Position numbers and translations under genes: made by a program. This document shows, piece by piece, positions 50,923-62,426 of a DNA stretch of 64,000 nt; the first letter of the stretch is position 1, and each line of letters opens with the position of its first letter. Below the pieces are notes generated by a model, which had not been told where the DNA came from, searched no databases, and saw only the letters and a program-made list of their open reading frames with translations. This DNA is from Actinomycetes bacterium (lineage in GTDB: Bacteria > Actinomycetota > Actinomycetes > JACCUZ01). The stretch is taken from the NCBI GenBank assembly GCA_038246545.1, contig JBBRVW010000013.1, positions 6,183 through 70,182 on the forward strand, written 5' to 3'.

Positions 50923-51456
50923 TCAGCAGACCCGGTGCAGCCACCCTGTGTTGAGGTCGTAGAGGAAACCGCCGACCGCGATGTTGCCGAGGTAGGGCCA
51001 GGACCGCACCCGCTGGACGTCCTCGTGCAGCGCCGCTCGCTGGTCGTCGGTCGTGAGGAAGGAGATGCTGCGGGTGTCCGGCCCGCCGGCTGCCTCGATG
51101 GCCGCGTGCACGTCGGCCTCCGACCCGCTGGCCATCCGGCACTTCGTGTGCGCCACGACCATCACCCGATCCACCCCGAGCAGGTAGTCGGCGAGCACGA
51201 GCGTGCGCAGCACGTCGTCGGTGACCCGGGCGCCGGCGTTGCGCAGGATCTTGGCGTCGCCCGGCACCAGGCCCAGCATCCGGAGCGGGTCGATGCGGGA
51301 GTCCATGCAGGTGAGGACCGCCAGGCCGCGCGCCGCGGTGGCCTCGAGCGTGGACAGCTCGACGCGGGTCGCGAACTTCTCGTTGTCCGCCAGGACGTCG
51401 TCGAACGCGGAGTCGCCGGCGAACGCGTCGTCGGCGGCGGGTGGGGTGCTCGGCAC
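50923..51456 (-). CDS. Beta-class carbonic anhydrase
   Basis: Beta-CA zinc ligands and motifs (LTCMDSRIDP, ...VMVVAHTKCRM..). Confidence 0.75.
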   Translation of the reverse strand: MPSTPPAADDAFAGDSAFDDVLADNEKFATRVELSTLEATAARGLAVLTCMDSRIDPLRMLGLVPGDAKILRNAGARVTDDVLRTLVLADYLLGVDRVMVVAHTKCRMASGSEADVHAAIEAAGGPDTRSISFLTTDDQRAALHEDVQRVRSWPYLGNIAVGGFLYDLNTGWLHRVC

Positions 51457-51523
51457 GCCTGGCAGCCTAGGAGGCGCGGGCTCCCGTGCGGTGTGCCGCC
51501 CGGGATCCAGTGATACTGGTCCG

Positions 51524-51715
51524 GTGCGGGCGTCGGACTTCTGGGAGCGGATGCGTGGGGTCTTCGGGCCGCACGCCGAGTCGATCGTGGAGCTGCACGT
51601 GCTCAGCGAGCTCGGCGGCCGCACCCCGGCGCAGGCGATGGCCGCGGGGGAGTCGACCGTCGACGTGTGGCGCGCGGTGTGCCAGGGCCACGACGTGCCG
51701 GCCACCCAGCGCTGA
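51524..51715 (+). CDS. DUF3046 small protein (conserved upstream of recA in actinobacteria)
   Basis: GTG 51524 in frame with ORF 51203..51715. The 63-aa product (VRASDFWERMRGVFGPHAESIVELHVLSELGGRTPAQAMAAGESTVDVWRAVCQ...) is typical of DUF3046. Confidence 0.6.
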   Translation: MRASDFWERMRGVFGPHAESIVELHVLSELGGRTPAQAMAAGESTVDVWRAVCQGHDVPATQR

Positions 51716-51892
51716 CCGTCGCGACGTGTCGGATCGCCCGCGGACGTCCTGGTGACGGCCGCGACAGAAGCCGAAGCGGCCCCGCCGGGAGGTCGGGATC
51801 CGGGCGGCCTGCGGGGCCACTTCGCTCGACGGCACGCGGACGGCGGAACAGCGACTCTGCCGTCCGGCGTGTCGCTCCCGAGTGACGGTCGA

Positions 51893-51908
51893 TCGAACAC
51901 GTGTTCGG
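51893..51908 (+). promoter_or_regulatory. LexA SOS box (TCGAACACGTGTTCGG), about 135 nt upstream of recA
   Basis: Near-perfect match to the actinobacterial Cheo-type palindrome TCGAAC-N4-GTTCGA (one terminal mismatch). Confidence 0.65.
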
Positions 51909-52042
51909 GTACTGTCCACAGAGTTGGACCGGGTGCTCACCGTCCACAACCGGGCCGCGGGGCCGGGGTTGTGTCCGGGGTCGCTCCTAGGTTCAGGCAC
52001 GTGACGAAGACATCGCGAACCTCCTCCACCGGGACGGCACCC

Positions 52043-53092
<1,050 letters not shown>

Positions 53093-53097
53093 GCGGC

Positions 53098-53766
53098 GTG
53101 AGCACGACCCGACGCCGGTCCCGGCGCTCCGCCGGGGCCGGCCCGGACGGTCCCACTCCCGGCAGCGCGGCTGACGATGCTGCCGAGCCCGACCCGGTCT
53201 CGGTGGCGCGCAGCATCGTGCTGCGCAAGCTCACGGTCGCGCCGAGGTCCCGCGCCCAGCTCGCCGGCGACCTGGCAGCGCGCGAGGTCCCCGACGACGT
53301 CGCGGAGGCGGTGCTCGACCGCTTCACCGAGGTCGGCCTGGTCGACGACGCCGCCTTCGCCGAGGTCTGGGTCCGCACCAGGCACGCCGGCCGGGGACTG
53401 TCGCGCAGCGCGCTGCGGCGGGAGCTGCGCGCCAAGGGCGTCGAGGACGAGACCATCGCCGAGGCGGTCGACACCATCGACGACGACGCGGAGGAGTCCG
53501 CTGCGCGTGCCCTGGTGGCGCGCCGGCTGGCGAGCACCCGCGGGCTGCCGGTCGAGACCCGGCTGCGGCGGCTCGTCGGGCAGCTGGCCCGCAAGGGCTA
53601 CCCCGGCGGGCTGGCGATGCGGGTGGTCCGCGACGCGCTCGCGGCCGAGGCCGCCGGCGTCCAGGACCAGGCGCCCGGGCTCGACGAGGAGATCGACGAC
53701 GGTCCCGGCCGCGATGCCGAGGCTGTCGCCGCCGCCGGCGACCCGTGGCGCCCGTCTGGCCCTTGA
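53098..53766 (+). CDS. recX: Regulatory protein RecX
   Basis: Position and three-repeat RecX helical pattern (...AAFAEVWVRTRHAGRGLSRSALRRELRAKGV...). Confidence 0.8.
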   Translation: MSTTRRRSRRSAGAGPDGPTPGSAADDAAEPDPVSVARSIVLRKLTVAPRSRAQLAGDLAAREVPDDVAEAVLDRFTEVGLVDDAAFAEVWVRTRHAGRGLSRSALRRELRAKGVEDETIAEAVDTIDDDAEESAARALVARRLASTRGLPVETRLRRLVGQLARKGYPGGLAMRVVRDALAAEAAGVQDQAPGLDEEIDDGPGRDAEAVAAAGDPWRPSGP

Positions 53767-54069
53767 CGACGGACTCCTTGACCGCCCCTGCGGGCGGTCG
53801 TAGCCTCCGAAGGACAGGCATCCGGCGACGGGTGCCCGACGTGAGGTGGTACTCCCGCGCGAGCGGGCGGCGACGAGACGATGACACCGGCGGACCGCGG
53901 TGGCCCACCGGACGACTGCTTCCAGGCGCGGCACGGGGAGCGAGCGCGTGCGCCCCCCCGTCAAGGGCGTGTGTGGATCGGAGCCCTGCCCTCGTGACCG
54001 CTCGACCGCCCGGAGGTCCCGCGCGCGGACCTGCGCCGCCGCTCAGGCCCGCCGGCGGAGGAGGCGGTC

Positions 54070-55464
54070 GTGGGCGAGACGGCACCGGTGGTCCTGGCAG
54101 CGGTGGCGGCAGCCGCCCTAGCGCTCCTGGCCCTCGCAGCGTTGCGCGCCGGCCGCACCCGCCGGATCGACCTGGACCGTCGCGAGCAGCGGGTCTCCGA
54201 CCGAGAGGAGCGGCTGGACGAGCGCGGCCGCGGGCTGGACCAGCGGGCGGTCGACCTCGCCGACCGGGAGGCGGGACTCGCGGCGCGCGGTCAGGACCTC
54301 GACCGGCTGACCGACGAGCGGCGGGCCGCGCTCGAGGCGGTCGCTGGTCTCTCCGCCGCCGACGTCCATGCCCAGCTGGTGGCCTCGGTCGAGGCGGACG
54401 CCCGGCGGTCGGCCGCACTCACCGTGCGCGAGGTCGAGCGAGCCGCACGGGAGGAGGGCGACCGGCGCGCCCGCGAGGTGGTGGTCGGTGCCGTCCAGCG
54501 GGTCGCCTCGGCGCAGACCGCCGAGTCGGTGGTCGCCTCCGTCGCGTTGCTCGGCGAGGACATCAAGGGCCGGATCATCGGTCGCGAAGGACGCAACATC
54601 CGCACCTTCGAGTCGGTCACCGGCACCAACCTCATCGTCGACGAGACCCCGGACGCAGTCCTGGTCTCCTGCTTCGACCCGGTCCGCCGCGAGACCGCCC
54701 GGGCCACGCTCGAAGCCCTGGTGCTGGACGGCCGGATCCACCCGCAGCGCATCGAGGACGCCTACCGGCAGGCCTGCACGGAGGTCGAGGCGCGCTGCCA
54801 GCGCTCGGCCGAAGACGCGTTGCTCGAGGTGGGCATCACCGACCTGCACCCGGAGCTCGTGCGGCACCTCGGGCTGCTGCGGTTCCGTACGTCGTACGGG
54901 CAGAACGTGCTGGCGCACGTCGTCGAGACCGCGCAGCTGGCCGGCCTGATGGCGGTCGAGCTGGGCGCGGACCCGGCGCAGCTGCGGCGGTGCGGTCTGC
55001 TGCACGACATCGGGAAGGCCCTGACCCACGAGGCCGACGGCTCGCACGCCGCAGTCGGTGCCGAGCTGGCCCGGCGCTGCGGCGAGCACGAGGACGTCGT
55101 CCACGCCATCGAGGCGCACCACGGCGAGGTGACGCCGCGGACGGTGGAGGCGCTGCTGACCCAGGCGGCCGACGCTGTCAGCGGCAGCCGCCCGGGCGCG
55201 CGCCGCGAGCCCCTCGAGTCCTACGTCACCCGGATGCACCGGCTCGAGGAGATCGCCGGGTCCTACCCCGGCGTCGAGCGCGCGTTCGCGATGCAGGCCG
55301 GCCGCGACCTGCGGGTCATGGTGCTGCCCGACGTCGTCGACGACGTCGGGGCCCAGGTGCTGGCCCGCGAGATCGCCAAGCAGGTCGAGCACGACCTCAC
55401 CTACCCGGGGCAGGTCAAGGTCACAGTGGTCCGGGAGTCGCGCGCCACCGAGGTCGCGCACTGA
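54070..55464 (+). CDS. rny: Ribonuclease Y
   Basis: N-terminal TM, coiled coil, KH domain (IGREGRNIR), HD domain (H..HD..K). Non-ATG start likely. Confidence 0.9.
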   Translation: MGETAPVVLAAVAAAALALLALAALRAGRTRRIDLDRREQRVSDREERLDERGRGLDQRAVDLADREAGLAARGQDLDRLTDERRAALEAVAGLSAADVHAQLVASVEADARRSAALTVREVERAAREEGDRRAREVVVGAVQRVASAQTAESVVASVALLGEDIKGRIIGREGRNIRTFESVTGTNLIVDETPDAVLVSCFDPVRRETARATLEALVLDGRIHPQRIEDAYRQACTEVEARCQRSAEDALLEVGITDLHPELVRHLGLLRFRTSYGQNVLAHVVETAQLAGLMAVELGADPAQLRRCGLLHDIGKALTHEADGSHAAVGAELARRCGEHEDVVHAIEAHHGEVTPRTVEALLTQAADAVSGSRPGARREPLESYVTRMHRLEEIAGSYPGVERAFAMQAGRDLRVMVLPDVVDDVGAQVLAREIAKQVEHDLTYPGQVKVTVVRESRATEVAH

Positions 55465-55490
55465 CCGAGCGCGCGTCGTAGGGTCGCGCG

Positions 55491-56063
55491 GTGAGCAGCC
55501 CCTGGCGAGACTGGAAGTCGGTTGCCGGCCGTGCCCTGCGCATCGCGGTCCGTCAGGCGCCGAAGATCCTGCGCGAGACGGGAGCCGCAGGCTCCGCCGG
55601 GGCGGCAGCCCGGTCGGGCGGCGCGCTGACCGACGACGTGCTCCCGCGTCCGACAGGCGCCCCGACTGCGACCGTGCGGCCGCCCGGCGCCCCCGCGGGA
55701 CGGCACCTGGAGTACGCACCGCACCTCGACGGCGCCGCCGACCCCGGCGAGGTCGTGTGGACCTGGGTGCCGTTCGAGGAGGACGCCTCCCAGGGGAAGG
55801 ACCGGCCGGTGCTCGTCGTCGGACGGGACGACCGCGCGCTGCTGGGGCTGATGCTCTCCAGCCAGGCCTACCACCAGGGCGACCGCGACTGGCTGCCGAT
55901 CGGACCCGGCGCCTGGGACGGCGAGCGCCGGCCGAGCTGGGTCCGGCTGGACCGCGTGCTCGACGTCCCCGAGGCCGGCATCCGCCGCGAGGGAGCGGTG
56001 CTCGACCGCGACCGTTTCGACCAGGTGGCCGTCCGGCTGCGCAGCCAGCACGGCTGGCGCTGA
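55491..56063 (+). CDS. Hypothetical protein, C-terminal half with weak PemK/MazF-like fold signature
   Basis: Block GEVVWTWVPFEEDASQGKDRPVLVVGRDD resembles the MazF/PemK N-terminal strand pattern. Low-complexity Ala/Pro N-terminus. Confidence 0.4.
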   Translation: MSSPWRDWKSVAGRALRIAVRQAPKILRETGAAGSAGAAARSGGALTDDVLPRPTGAPTATVRPPGAPAGRHLEYAPHLDGAADPGEVVWTWVPFEEDASQGKDRPVLVVGRDDRALLGLMLSSQAYHQGDRDWLPIGPGAWDGERRPSWVRLDRVLDVPEAGIRREGAVLDRDRFDQVAVRLRSQHGWR

Positions 56064-56078
56064 CGCGCGCCGGTCGGA

Positions 56079-57479
56079 TCAGTCGGCGCGGTAGCCGAAG
56101 AAGCCGCGCTTCTTCACCAGCTCGGCCACCTCCGCCGGCACCCGCGGCTCCCACCCGGCGTCGCCGGAGGAGATCTGCTCGAGCACGTCCCGGCTGAGGA
56201 TGGGCAGGAAGTCGGGCTTGTAGTTGTCGAGGTCGACGAAGCTGCCGCGGCGCGCGAGGTAGTCGTAGAGGGGCTGCAGGTCCTCGCCGACAGTCAGGTT
56301 CTTGATCGTCGTCACCTGGCCGTCGCGCAGCATCGGGTAGACGAACAGCCGCAGGTCGTTCTTGAACAGACGACCGAACGCCTCGAGGATGCCGCCGGGC
56401 AGGTCGGCGTGGCTGGTCTCGTCGAACTGGTCGATCAGGCTCGGGACGCCCATGACCATGCCGATGCGCCCGTCGGTCCGCCAGGCGAGGTACGCCGCCA
56501 GCCGGTGGTAGGCGACGTAGTCGGAGATGAGCACGGTCATGCCGCACGCGGCGAGCAGGTCTGCGCGCGCCAGGAAGTCGCGGCGGTCGACCTTGCCGCC
56601 GCTGCCGGCCATCAGGTTCGCCATGGTCAGCTCGGTGAGGACGAGGACCTCGCGACCGGCCACGGCCGGGTCGGCCTCGAACTTCTCGCGGGCGCAGTCG
56701 AGCATGTCGATGTTGACGACGGTCGGCGGCCGGAAGCTGCCGCGCTCGACCAGGATCGCCTTCTTGCGCAGCACCTCGCTGGGCTGCAGCACCTGCCGGT
56801 CGGGCCCGAACATCGCCGCCCCGGACAGGCCGAGCTGCACCAGCTTGAGCGCCATCACCCGGTTGTCGACCGAGCGGAACTCGATGCCGTCGAGCTGGAT
56901 CATGTCAATCTCGATGCGCCCGGTCGTCAGCCGGTCGAGCAGGCTCTCGAGCAGCGCCTCGGGCTCGTGGTGGTGGAAGAACGCGCCGTGCAGCAGGTTC
57001 ACACCGACGACGCCCAGCGCCTCCTGCTGCAGCGACGCCTCGGCGTCGAGCATCCGCACGTGCAGGATGATCTGGCTGGCCTCGTCGCGCTGGTGGGACT
57101 GGAACTTCACGCCCATCCAGCCGTGGCACTCGTTGCCGCCCTGGTAGCTGCGGGCCACCACGGTGTCGGCGAAGGCGAAGAACGCGTTGTCGTCGCCCCG
57201 CTGGTCGTCGAGACGCTCCAGGTTCAGCTCGTACTCGTGATCCAGCATGGCCTGCAGCCGGCCCATCGACACGTAGCGGTCGGACTTGCCGTAGACCGCG
57301 TCGCTGACGGCCATGTCGTACGCCGAGATGGTCTTGGCCACGGTGCCGGCCGCGCCGCCCGCCCGGAAGAACCACCGGGCGACCTCCTGGCCGGCGCCGA
57401 TCTCGGCGAGTGTGCCGTACCAGCGCGGGTCCAGGTTGATCCGCAACGCCTTCTGCAGGGTGTCGCCAGCAGCTTCCAT
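56079..57479 (-). CDS. Conserved hypothetical protein (466 aa), no family recognised
   Basis: Balanced, non-shadow composition. Sits opposite miaB in the position a conserved hypothetical gene occupies in other actinobacteria. Confidence 0.55.
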   Translation of the reverse strand: MEAAGDTLQKALRINLDPRWYGTLAEIGAGQEVARWFFRAGGAAGTVAKTISAYDMAVSDAVYGKSDRYVSMGRLQAMLDHEYELNLERLDDQRGDDNAFFAFADTVVARSYQGGNECHGWMGVKFQSHQRDEASQIILHVRMLDAEASLQQEALGVVGVNLLHGAFFHHHEPEALLESLLDRLTTGRIEIDMIQLDGIEFRSVDNRVMALKLVQLGLSGAAMFGPDRQVLQPSEVLRKKAILVERGSFRPPTVVNIDMLDCAREKFEADPAVAGREVLVLTELTMANLMAGSGGKVDRRDFLARADLLAACGMTVLISDYVAYHRLAAYLAWRTDGRIGMVMGVPSLIDQFDETSHADLPGGILEAFGRLFKNDLRLFVYPMLRDGQVTTIKNLTVGEDLQPLYDYLARRGSFVDLDNYKPDFLPILSRDVLEQISSGDAGWEPRVPAEVAELVKKRGFFGYRAD

Positions 57480-57577
57480 CGGCGCCTCGTCCCCTCGGCG
57501 GCAGCACGGGCCGGTCGTCGAGAGCGTACGGCAGGTGGGACCGCCGGGGCGGTTCGTCGCCTACGCTGGACGGCGCC

Positions 57578-59092
57578 ATGAGCCCCGCCACCGACCCTCC
57601 CCGGACCTACGAGGTCCGCACGTACGGCTGCCAGATGAACGTCCACGACTCGGAGCGCCTCTCCGGCCTGCTCGAGGCGGCGGGCTACGTGCGCGCCGAG
57701 AGCGGCGCTGCCGCCGGTCGCGACGACCGGCCGCCGGCCGACGTCGTCGTGTTCAACACCTGCGCGGTGCGGGAGAACGCCGACAACAAGCTGTACGGCA
57801 ACCTCGGCCACCTCGCGCCGGTGAAGAGGGCCAACCCCGGGATGCAGATCGCCGTCGGTGGCTGCCTCGCCCAGAAGGACAAGGGCGAGATCACCCGGCG
57901 CGCCCCGTGGGTCGACGTCGTCTTCGGCACCCATAACATCGGGTCCCTCCCGGCGCTGCTCGAACGGGCCCGGCACAACGACGAGGCGCAGGTCGAGATC
58001 GTCGAGTCGCTCGAGGTGTTTCCCTCGACCCTGCCGACGCGGCGCGAGTCGCCGTACGCCGCGTGGGTGTCGATCAGCGTCGGGTGCAACAACACCTGCA
58101 CGTTCTGCATCGTGCCGTCGCTGCGCGGCACCGAGAAGGACCGCCGCCCCGGCGACGTGCTGGCCGAGGTGCAGGCGCTGGTCGCCGAGGGCGTCCTCGA
58201 GGTGACGCTGCTGGGGCAGAACGTCAACTCCTACGGCGTGGAGTTCGGCGACCGGCAGGCGTTCGGGAAGCTGCTGCGGGCCTGCGGGGACGTCGACGGG
58301 CTCGAGCGGGTGCGCTTCACCTCGCCGCACCCCAAGGACTTCACCGACGACGTGATCGCGGCGATGGCCAAGACCCGGAACGTCATGCCCTCGTTGCACA
58401 TGCCGCTGCAGAGCGGGTCGGACGTCGTGCTCAAGGCGATGCGCCGGTCGTACCGGCGGGACCGCTACCTCGGGATCATCGAGCGGGTCCGGGCCGCCAT
58501 GCCGGACGCCGCGATCACCACCGACATCATCGTCGGGTTCCCCGGCGAGACGGAGGCCGACTTCGTCCAGACCCTGGAGGTCGTGCGGGAGGCGCGGTTC
58601 GCCGGCGCGTTCACGTTCCAGTACTCCAAGCGCCCCGGCACCCCGGCCGCAGAGCTCCCCGACCAGGTGCCCAAGGCGGTCGTCCAGGAGCGCTACGAGC
58701 GGCTGCTCGTCCTGCAGGAGCAGGTGTCCTGGGACGAGAACCAGCACCAGGTCGGCCGCACCCTCGAGGTGCTCGTCGCCGAGGGCGAGGGCCGCAAGGA
58801 CGGTGCCACCCACCGGCTCTCTGGCCGGGCCCCGGACAACCGGCTGGTGCACTTCACGGTCCCTGCGGGCGTCGCCGCGCCACGGCCGGGCGACGTCGCC
58901 ACCGTCGACGTGACCTACGCCGCGCCGCACCACCTGGTCGCCGACGGAACGTTCGGCGGCGTCCGTCGTACCCGGGCCGGCGACGCGTGGGACACCCGCC
59001 AGGGGGTCGACCTGCCCGCCGCGGACGTGCTGCTCGGCATGCCCACCCTCGGCGTGCCCTCGGTGCCGGCCCCCGCCGTCGGCTGCGGCTGA
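57578..59092 (+). CDS. miaB: tRNA-2-methylthio-N6-dimethylallyladenosine synthase
   Basis: MTTase N-domain, radical-SAM CxxxCxxC ([11 protein letters not shown]), TRAM domain. Confidence 0.9.
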   Translation: MSPATDPPRTYEVRTYGCQMNVHDSERLSGLLEAAGYVRAESGAAAGRDDRPPADVVVFNTCAVRENADNKLYGNLGHLAPVKRANPGMQIAVGGCLAQKDKGEITRRAPWVDVVFGTHNIGSLPALLERARHNDEAQVEIVESLEVFPSTLPTRRESPYAAWVSISVGCNNTCTFCIVPSLRGTEKDRRPGDVLAEVQALVAEGVLEVTLLGQNVNSYGVEFGDRQAFGKLLRACGDVDGLERVRFTSPHPKDFTDDVIAAMAKTRNVMPSLHMPLQSGSDVVLKAMRRSYRRDRYLGIIERVRAAMPDAAITTDIIVGFPGETEADFVQTLEVVREARFAGAFTFQYSKRPGTPAAELPDQVPKAVVQERYERLLVLQEQVSWDENQHQVGRTLEVLVAEGEGRKDGATHRLSGRAPDNRLVHFTVPAGVAAPRPGDVATVDVTYAAPHHLVADGTFGGVRRTRAGDAWDTRQGVDLPAADVLLGMPTLGVPSVPAPAVGCG

Positions 59093-59105
59093 GCACGGCC
59101 CGGCC

Positions 59106-59807
59106 GTGCTCGTCGCTGCTGCGGTGTGCCCGCACCCGCCGCTGCTGGTGCCGGGAGTCGGTGCAGGCGCGTCGGGCGAGCTGGACGGGCTGCGTGCCGC
59201 GTGCGACGCGGTGGTCGACGACCTGCTGGCGGCCGGCCCCGAGGTGGTCGTGGTCGTGGGTGGCGCCCCGACCGTAGGGCCGTTCCCCGAGGGGGCGTGG
59301 GGGAGCCTCGCGGCGTACGGCGTGGGCGTCCCTGTCGGCACGACGGGCGACGGTACGGCCGCGCTGCCGCTCTCGCTCACGATCGGCCGGTGGCTGCTGG
59401 AGCGCCGTGGTGCCGCCGTCCCCGCGGTCCTGTTCGGGGTTGTCGCCGATGCATCGGTGGAGCGGTGCGTGGCCCTCGGTGAGGGTCTGGCCGGCCGGGC
59501 GGGCCGCGTCGGGATGCTCGTGATGGGCGACGGAAGCGCCCGCCGCAGCGCGAAGGGTCCGGGCTACCTCGACCCGGACGCGGAGCCGTTCGACACCGCG
59601 GCCGAGACCGCACTGCGCGACGGCGACCCCGAGGCGGTCGCGGCACTCGACCCGGACCGGGCCGCGCGGCTGCTCGCTGCCGGCCGCGCGCCGTGGCAGG
59701 TGCTGGCCGGGGCAGCGCGGGGTACCCCCTGGACCGGCGCGGTCACCTGGTCGGGGTCGCCGTACGGCGTGACCTACCTGGTCGCCGGCTGGCGGCCGAC
59801 ACGCTGA
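59106..59807 (+). CDS. Class III extradiol dioxygenase (LigB/MEMO-like) family protein
   Basis: N-terminal AAVCPHPPLLVP motif typical of the LigB-subunit fold. Confidence 0.5.
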   Translation: MLVAAAVCPHPPLLVPGVGAGASGELDGLRAACDAVVDDLLAAGPEVVVVVGGAPTVGPFPEGAWGSLAAYGVGVPVGTTGDGTAALPLSLTIGRWLLERRGAAVPAVLFGVVADASVERCVALGEGLAGRAGRVGMLVMGDGSARRSAKGPGYLDPDAEPFDTAAETALRDGDPEAVAALDPDRAARLLAAGRAPWQVLAGAARGTPWTGAVTWSGSPYGVTYLVAGWRPTR

Positions 59808-59813
59808 CGCCGG

Positions 59814-60059
59814 TCAGGTCGTCGGCGGCGGCCCCGGCTTGTCGCCCGGCTTGTCGTCCGGGATGTCGTCGTTGCGGCCGTCGAGCTTGTCCAGCGCGTC
59901 CTTGGCCTTGGCCGTGCCGGACGCGATCCGGTCGTGGTGCTTGCCGCCGGTCTTCTTGTCGGCCATCGAAGCGGCCTTGTCGATCCCGCCGGCGATCTTG
60001 CCGCCGTGCTGGTCGACGGCCTTGGTGGCCTTCTTCTTGAGGTTGTCGAACATGCCCAT
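59814..60059 (-). CDS. MT0933-like antitoxin family small protein (PF14013-type)
   Basis: ATG 60059..60057. 82 aa, Lys/Asp/Gly-rich (MGMFDNLKKKATKAVDQHGGKIAGGIDKAASMADKKTGGKHHDRIASGTAKAKDALDKL). Confidence 0.55.
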   Translation of the reverse strand: MGMFDNLKKKATKAVDQHGGKIAGGIDKAASMADKKTGGKHHDRIASGTAKAKDALDKLDGRNDDIPDDKPGDKPGPPPTT

Positions 60060-60097
60060 GGCCACACCGTAGCCCGGGTGCGCGAGACTTCCGTGCC

Positions 60098-61042
60098 GTG
60101 GAGCCACCAGTCGTCGCCGTCGTGGGCGCCACCGCCGTCGGCAAGAGCGACCTGGGTCTGGCGCTGGCCGGCGCGCTGGGAGGTGAGGTGGTCAACGCCG
60201 ACTCGATGCAGCTCTACCGCGGCATGGACATCGGCACCGCGAAGCTCACCGAGGCCGAGCGGGGCGAGGTGGTCCACCACGTCCTCGACGTGTGGGACGT
60301 GACCGACGAGGCGAACGTCGCCGACTACCAGCGGATGGCGCGGGCGGCCTTCGCCGCCGTCCGGTCGCGCGGGGCGCTGCCGGTGCTCGTCGGCGGGTCC
60401 GGCCTCTACCTACGCGCCGCACTGGACCGGCTGGAGTTCCCGGGCACCGCGCCGGAGGTCCGGAACAGGCTGGAGGCCGAGCTGGCCGCCGACGGACCCG
60501 GTGCGCTGCACGCCCGGCTGGCGGCGGTCGACCCGGCGGCCGCGCTCGCGATCCTGCCGAGCAACGGCCGCCGAGTCGTCCGCGCGCTCGAGGTGGTGGA
60601 GCTGACCGGCCGCCCGTTCACCGCGTCGCTGCCCGAGCACGTCTACGAGGTGCCGGCGGTGCAGGTCGGGCTGACCCTGCCACGGCCGGTCCTCGACGAG
60701 CGGATCGCGCGGCGGGTCGATCTCATGTGGGAGCGCGGGCTCGTCGAGGAGGTACGCCGGCTGGCCGAGGCCGGCCTGCGCGACGGCCGCACCGCGAGCC
60801 GGGCCCTCGGCTACGCGCAGGTGCTGCGGCACCTCGCGGGGGAGTGGACCGCGGAGCAGGCCCGCGACGAGACCGTGCGGGCGACCCGCCGTTTCGTCCG
60901 CCGGCAGGAGTCCTGGTTCCGCCGCGACCCGCGGATCCGCTGGCTGGACGCGACCGGGCCGGATCTGCCCACCCGGGCGCTGGCGGCGGTCACAGGGGGG
61001 AGCGCGGTGTCCGGTGTGCCCCGTGCGTGGCCCGGTGCCTGA
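60098..61042 (+). CDS. miaA: tRNA dimethylallyltransferase
   Basis: P-loop (GATAVGKS) and MiaA core motifs. Confidence 0.9.
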   Translation: MEPPVVAVVGATAVGKSDLGLALAGALGGEVVNADSMQLYRGMDIGTAKLTEAERGEVVHHVLDVWDVTDEANVADYQRMARAAFAAVRSRGALPVLVGGSGLYLRAALDRLEFPGTAPEVRNRLEAELAADGPGALHARLAAVDPAAALAILPSNGRRVVRALEVVELTGRPFTASLPEHVYEVPAVQVGLTLPRPVLDERIARRVDLMWERGLVEEVRRLAEAGLRDGRTASRALGYAQVLRHLAGEWTAEQARDETVRATRRFVRRQESWFRRDPRIRWLDATGPDLPTRALAAVTGGSAVSGVPRAWPGA

Positions 61043-61088
61043 CCCCGTGTCGCGACGACGTGGCCGCGATGCCCCGTATCCTGCTGGC

Positions 61089-62417
61089 GTGGGGGGAGCC
61101 GGGGCGCCAGCGGGACCGCGTCCGCGCCGGCCGTTCGTCGTCTACTGGTCGAAGTTCCCCGCGCCGTGGTTCGTCGACCGCTGCAACGCGGTGGCCGCTC
61201 GTGGCACGGTCGAGCTGGAGGTCTGGTTCGACGTCCGGCACCCCGACAAGTGGGACTGGGACGTCGACGAGTCCGACTGGCAGTTCCGGGCCCGCTACGT
61301 CCCCACCCGGCGGTTGGCCGGGTGGGCGAACCGGCTCCCGCTGCCCGAGCTGCGCGAGCGCGCACCGGACCTGTTCGTCTCCGACTACGACAACGGCCAC
61401 CTCGCGTTCGGGTTCGCCGCGGCACGCGCCACGGCCGGGCGGACCGCCTTCCGAGTGCTGCCGACCTTCGACGCGTGGAGCGAGCGGACGTGGTGGCGCG
61501 AGCTGGGCAAGCACGTCGTCTTCCGTGCGGTCGACGGAGCCAAGGTCGGTGGTCTCGACGGTGCGCGCCTCGCCGGCCGCTACGGGCTGCCCGTCGACCG
61601 CACCTGGGACGTGACCCAGTCCATCGACCTGGCGCGCTACTCGGCCGCCGCGACCACCGGTCCCGAGGAGCGCGCCGCGGCGCGCCGCGCCCTGGGGCTG
61701 TCGGGGGTCGTCCTGATCTACGTGGGCCGGCTCTGGGACGGGAAGGGCGTGAGCCACCTGCTCGACGCCTACACCGAGCTGCGCCGGAGCGGGCGGGACG
61801 TGTCGCTCCTGCTGGTCGGCAACGGCCCGGACGAGGACCGGTACCAGGCCCGCGCGCGTGAGGTGCCCGGTGTCGCCTTCACCGGGTGGCAGCAGCGGGA
61901 CCGCACGCCCTGGTACTACTCGCTCGCCGACGTCCTGGTGTTCCCGACGCTCGGCGACCCGAACGGTCTGGTGGTCACCGAGGCACTCGCCGCCGGACTT
62001 CCGGTCGTCTCTAGCGACGCTGCCGGGAACATCCATCGCCGGCTGCCGACCGGCGGGCCGGGGCTGGTCGTCCCCGCCGGTGACGTCCCGGCCCTGACCG
62101 AGGCGCTGCGGACGCTCGCCGACGACGGCGACCTGCGCCGGTCGATGGCTGCCCGGGCGCCGGCGCACGTGCAGGGCATGGGCGCGGACAGCTACGCCGC
62201 CGACTTCGACCGCTTCGTCGCTGGTGTGCTCGCCGCCCCCCGACGCCGGACCCCGGCGGCCGCGGCGGTGCGCGCCCTGGGTCGGGTCGTGGCCGGAGGT
62301 CGCGCGTCGAGGGGCGACCCGGCGCCCTACGTCGACCGGGTCGCCGCGGCGGCGGCCGGCGGGCGGAGCGAGGACGCCGGGCCCGGACCGGCTCGCGGGC
62401 GCGAGGAGCGCCCGTAG
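61089..62417 (+). CDS. Glycosyltransferase family 1 (GT4-type); start uncertain
   Basis: C-terminal GT-B domain motifs (...VLIYVGRL..., ...FPTLGDPNGLVVTEALAAGLPVVSSD...). Possible GTG at 61089 in frame of ORF 61014..62417. An ATG at 61069 is in a different frame. Confidence 0.6.
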   Translation: MGGAGAPAGPRPRRPFVVYWSKFPAPWFVDRCNAVAARGTVELEVWFDVRHPDKWDWDVDESDWQFRARYVPTRRLAGWANRLPLPELRERAPDLFVSDYDNGHLAFGFAAARATAGRTAFRVLPTFDAWSERTWWRELGKHVVFRAVDGAKVGGLDGARLAGRYGLPVDRTWDVTQSIDLARYSAAATTGPEERAAARRALGLSGVVLIYVGRLWDGKGVSHLLDAYTELRRSGRDVSLLLVGNGPDEDRYQARAREVPGVAFTGWQQRDRTPWYYSLADVLVFPTLGDPNGLVVTEALAAGLPVVSSDAAGNIHRRLPTGGPGLVVPAGDVPALTEALRTLADDGDLRRSMAARAPAHVQGMGADSYAADFDRFVAGVLAAPRRRTPAAAAVRALGRVVAGGRASRGDPAPYVDRVAAAAAGGRSEDAGPGPARGREERP

Positions 62418-62426
62418 GCTCGGGGG

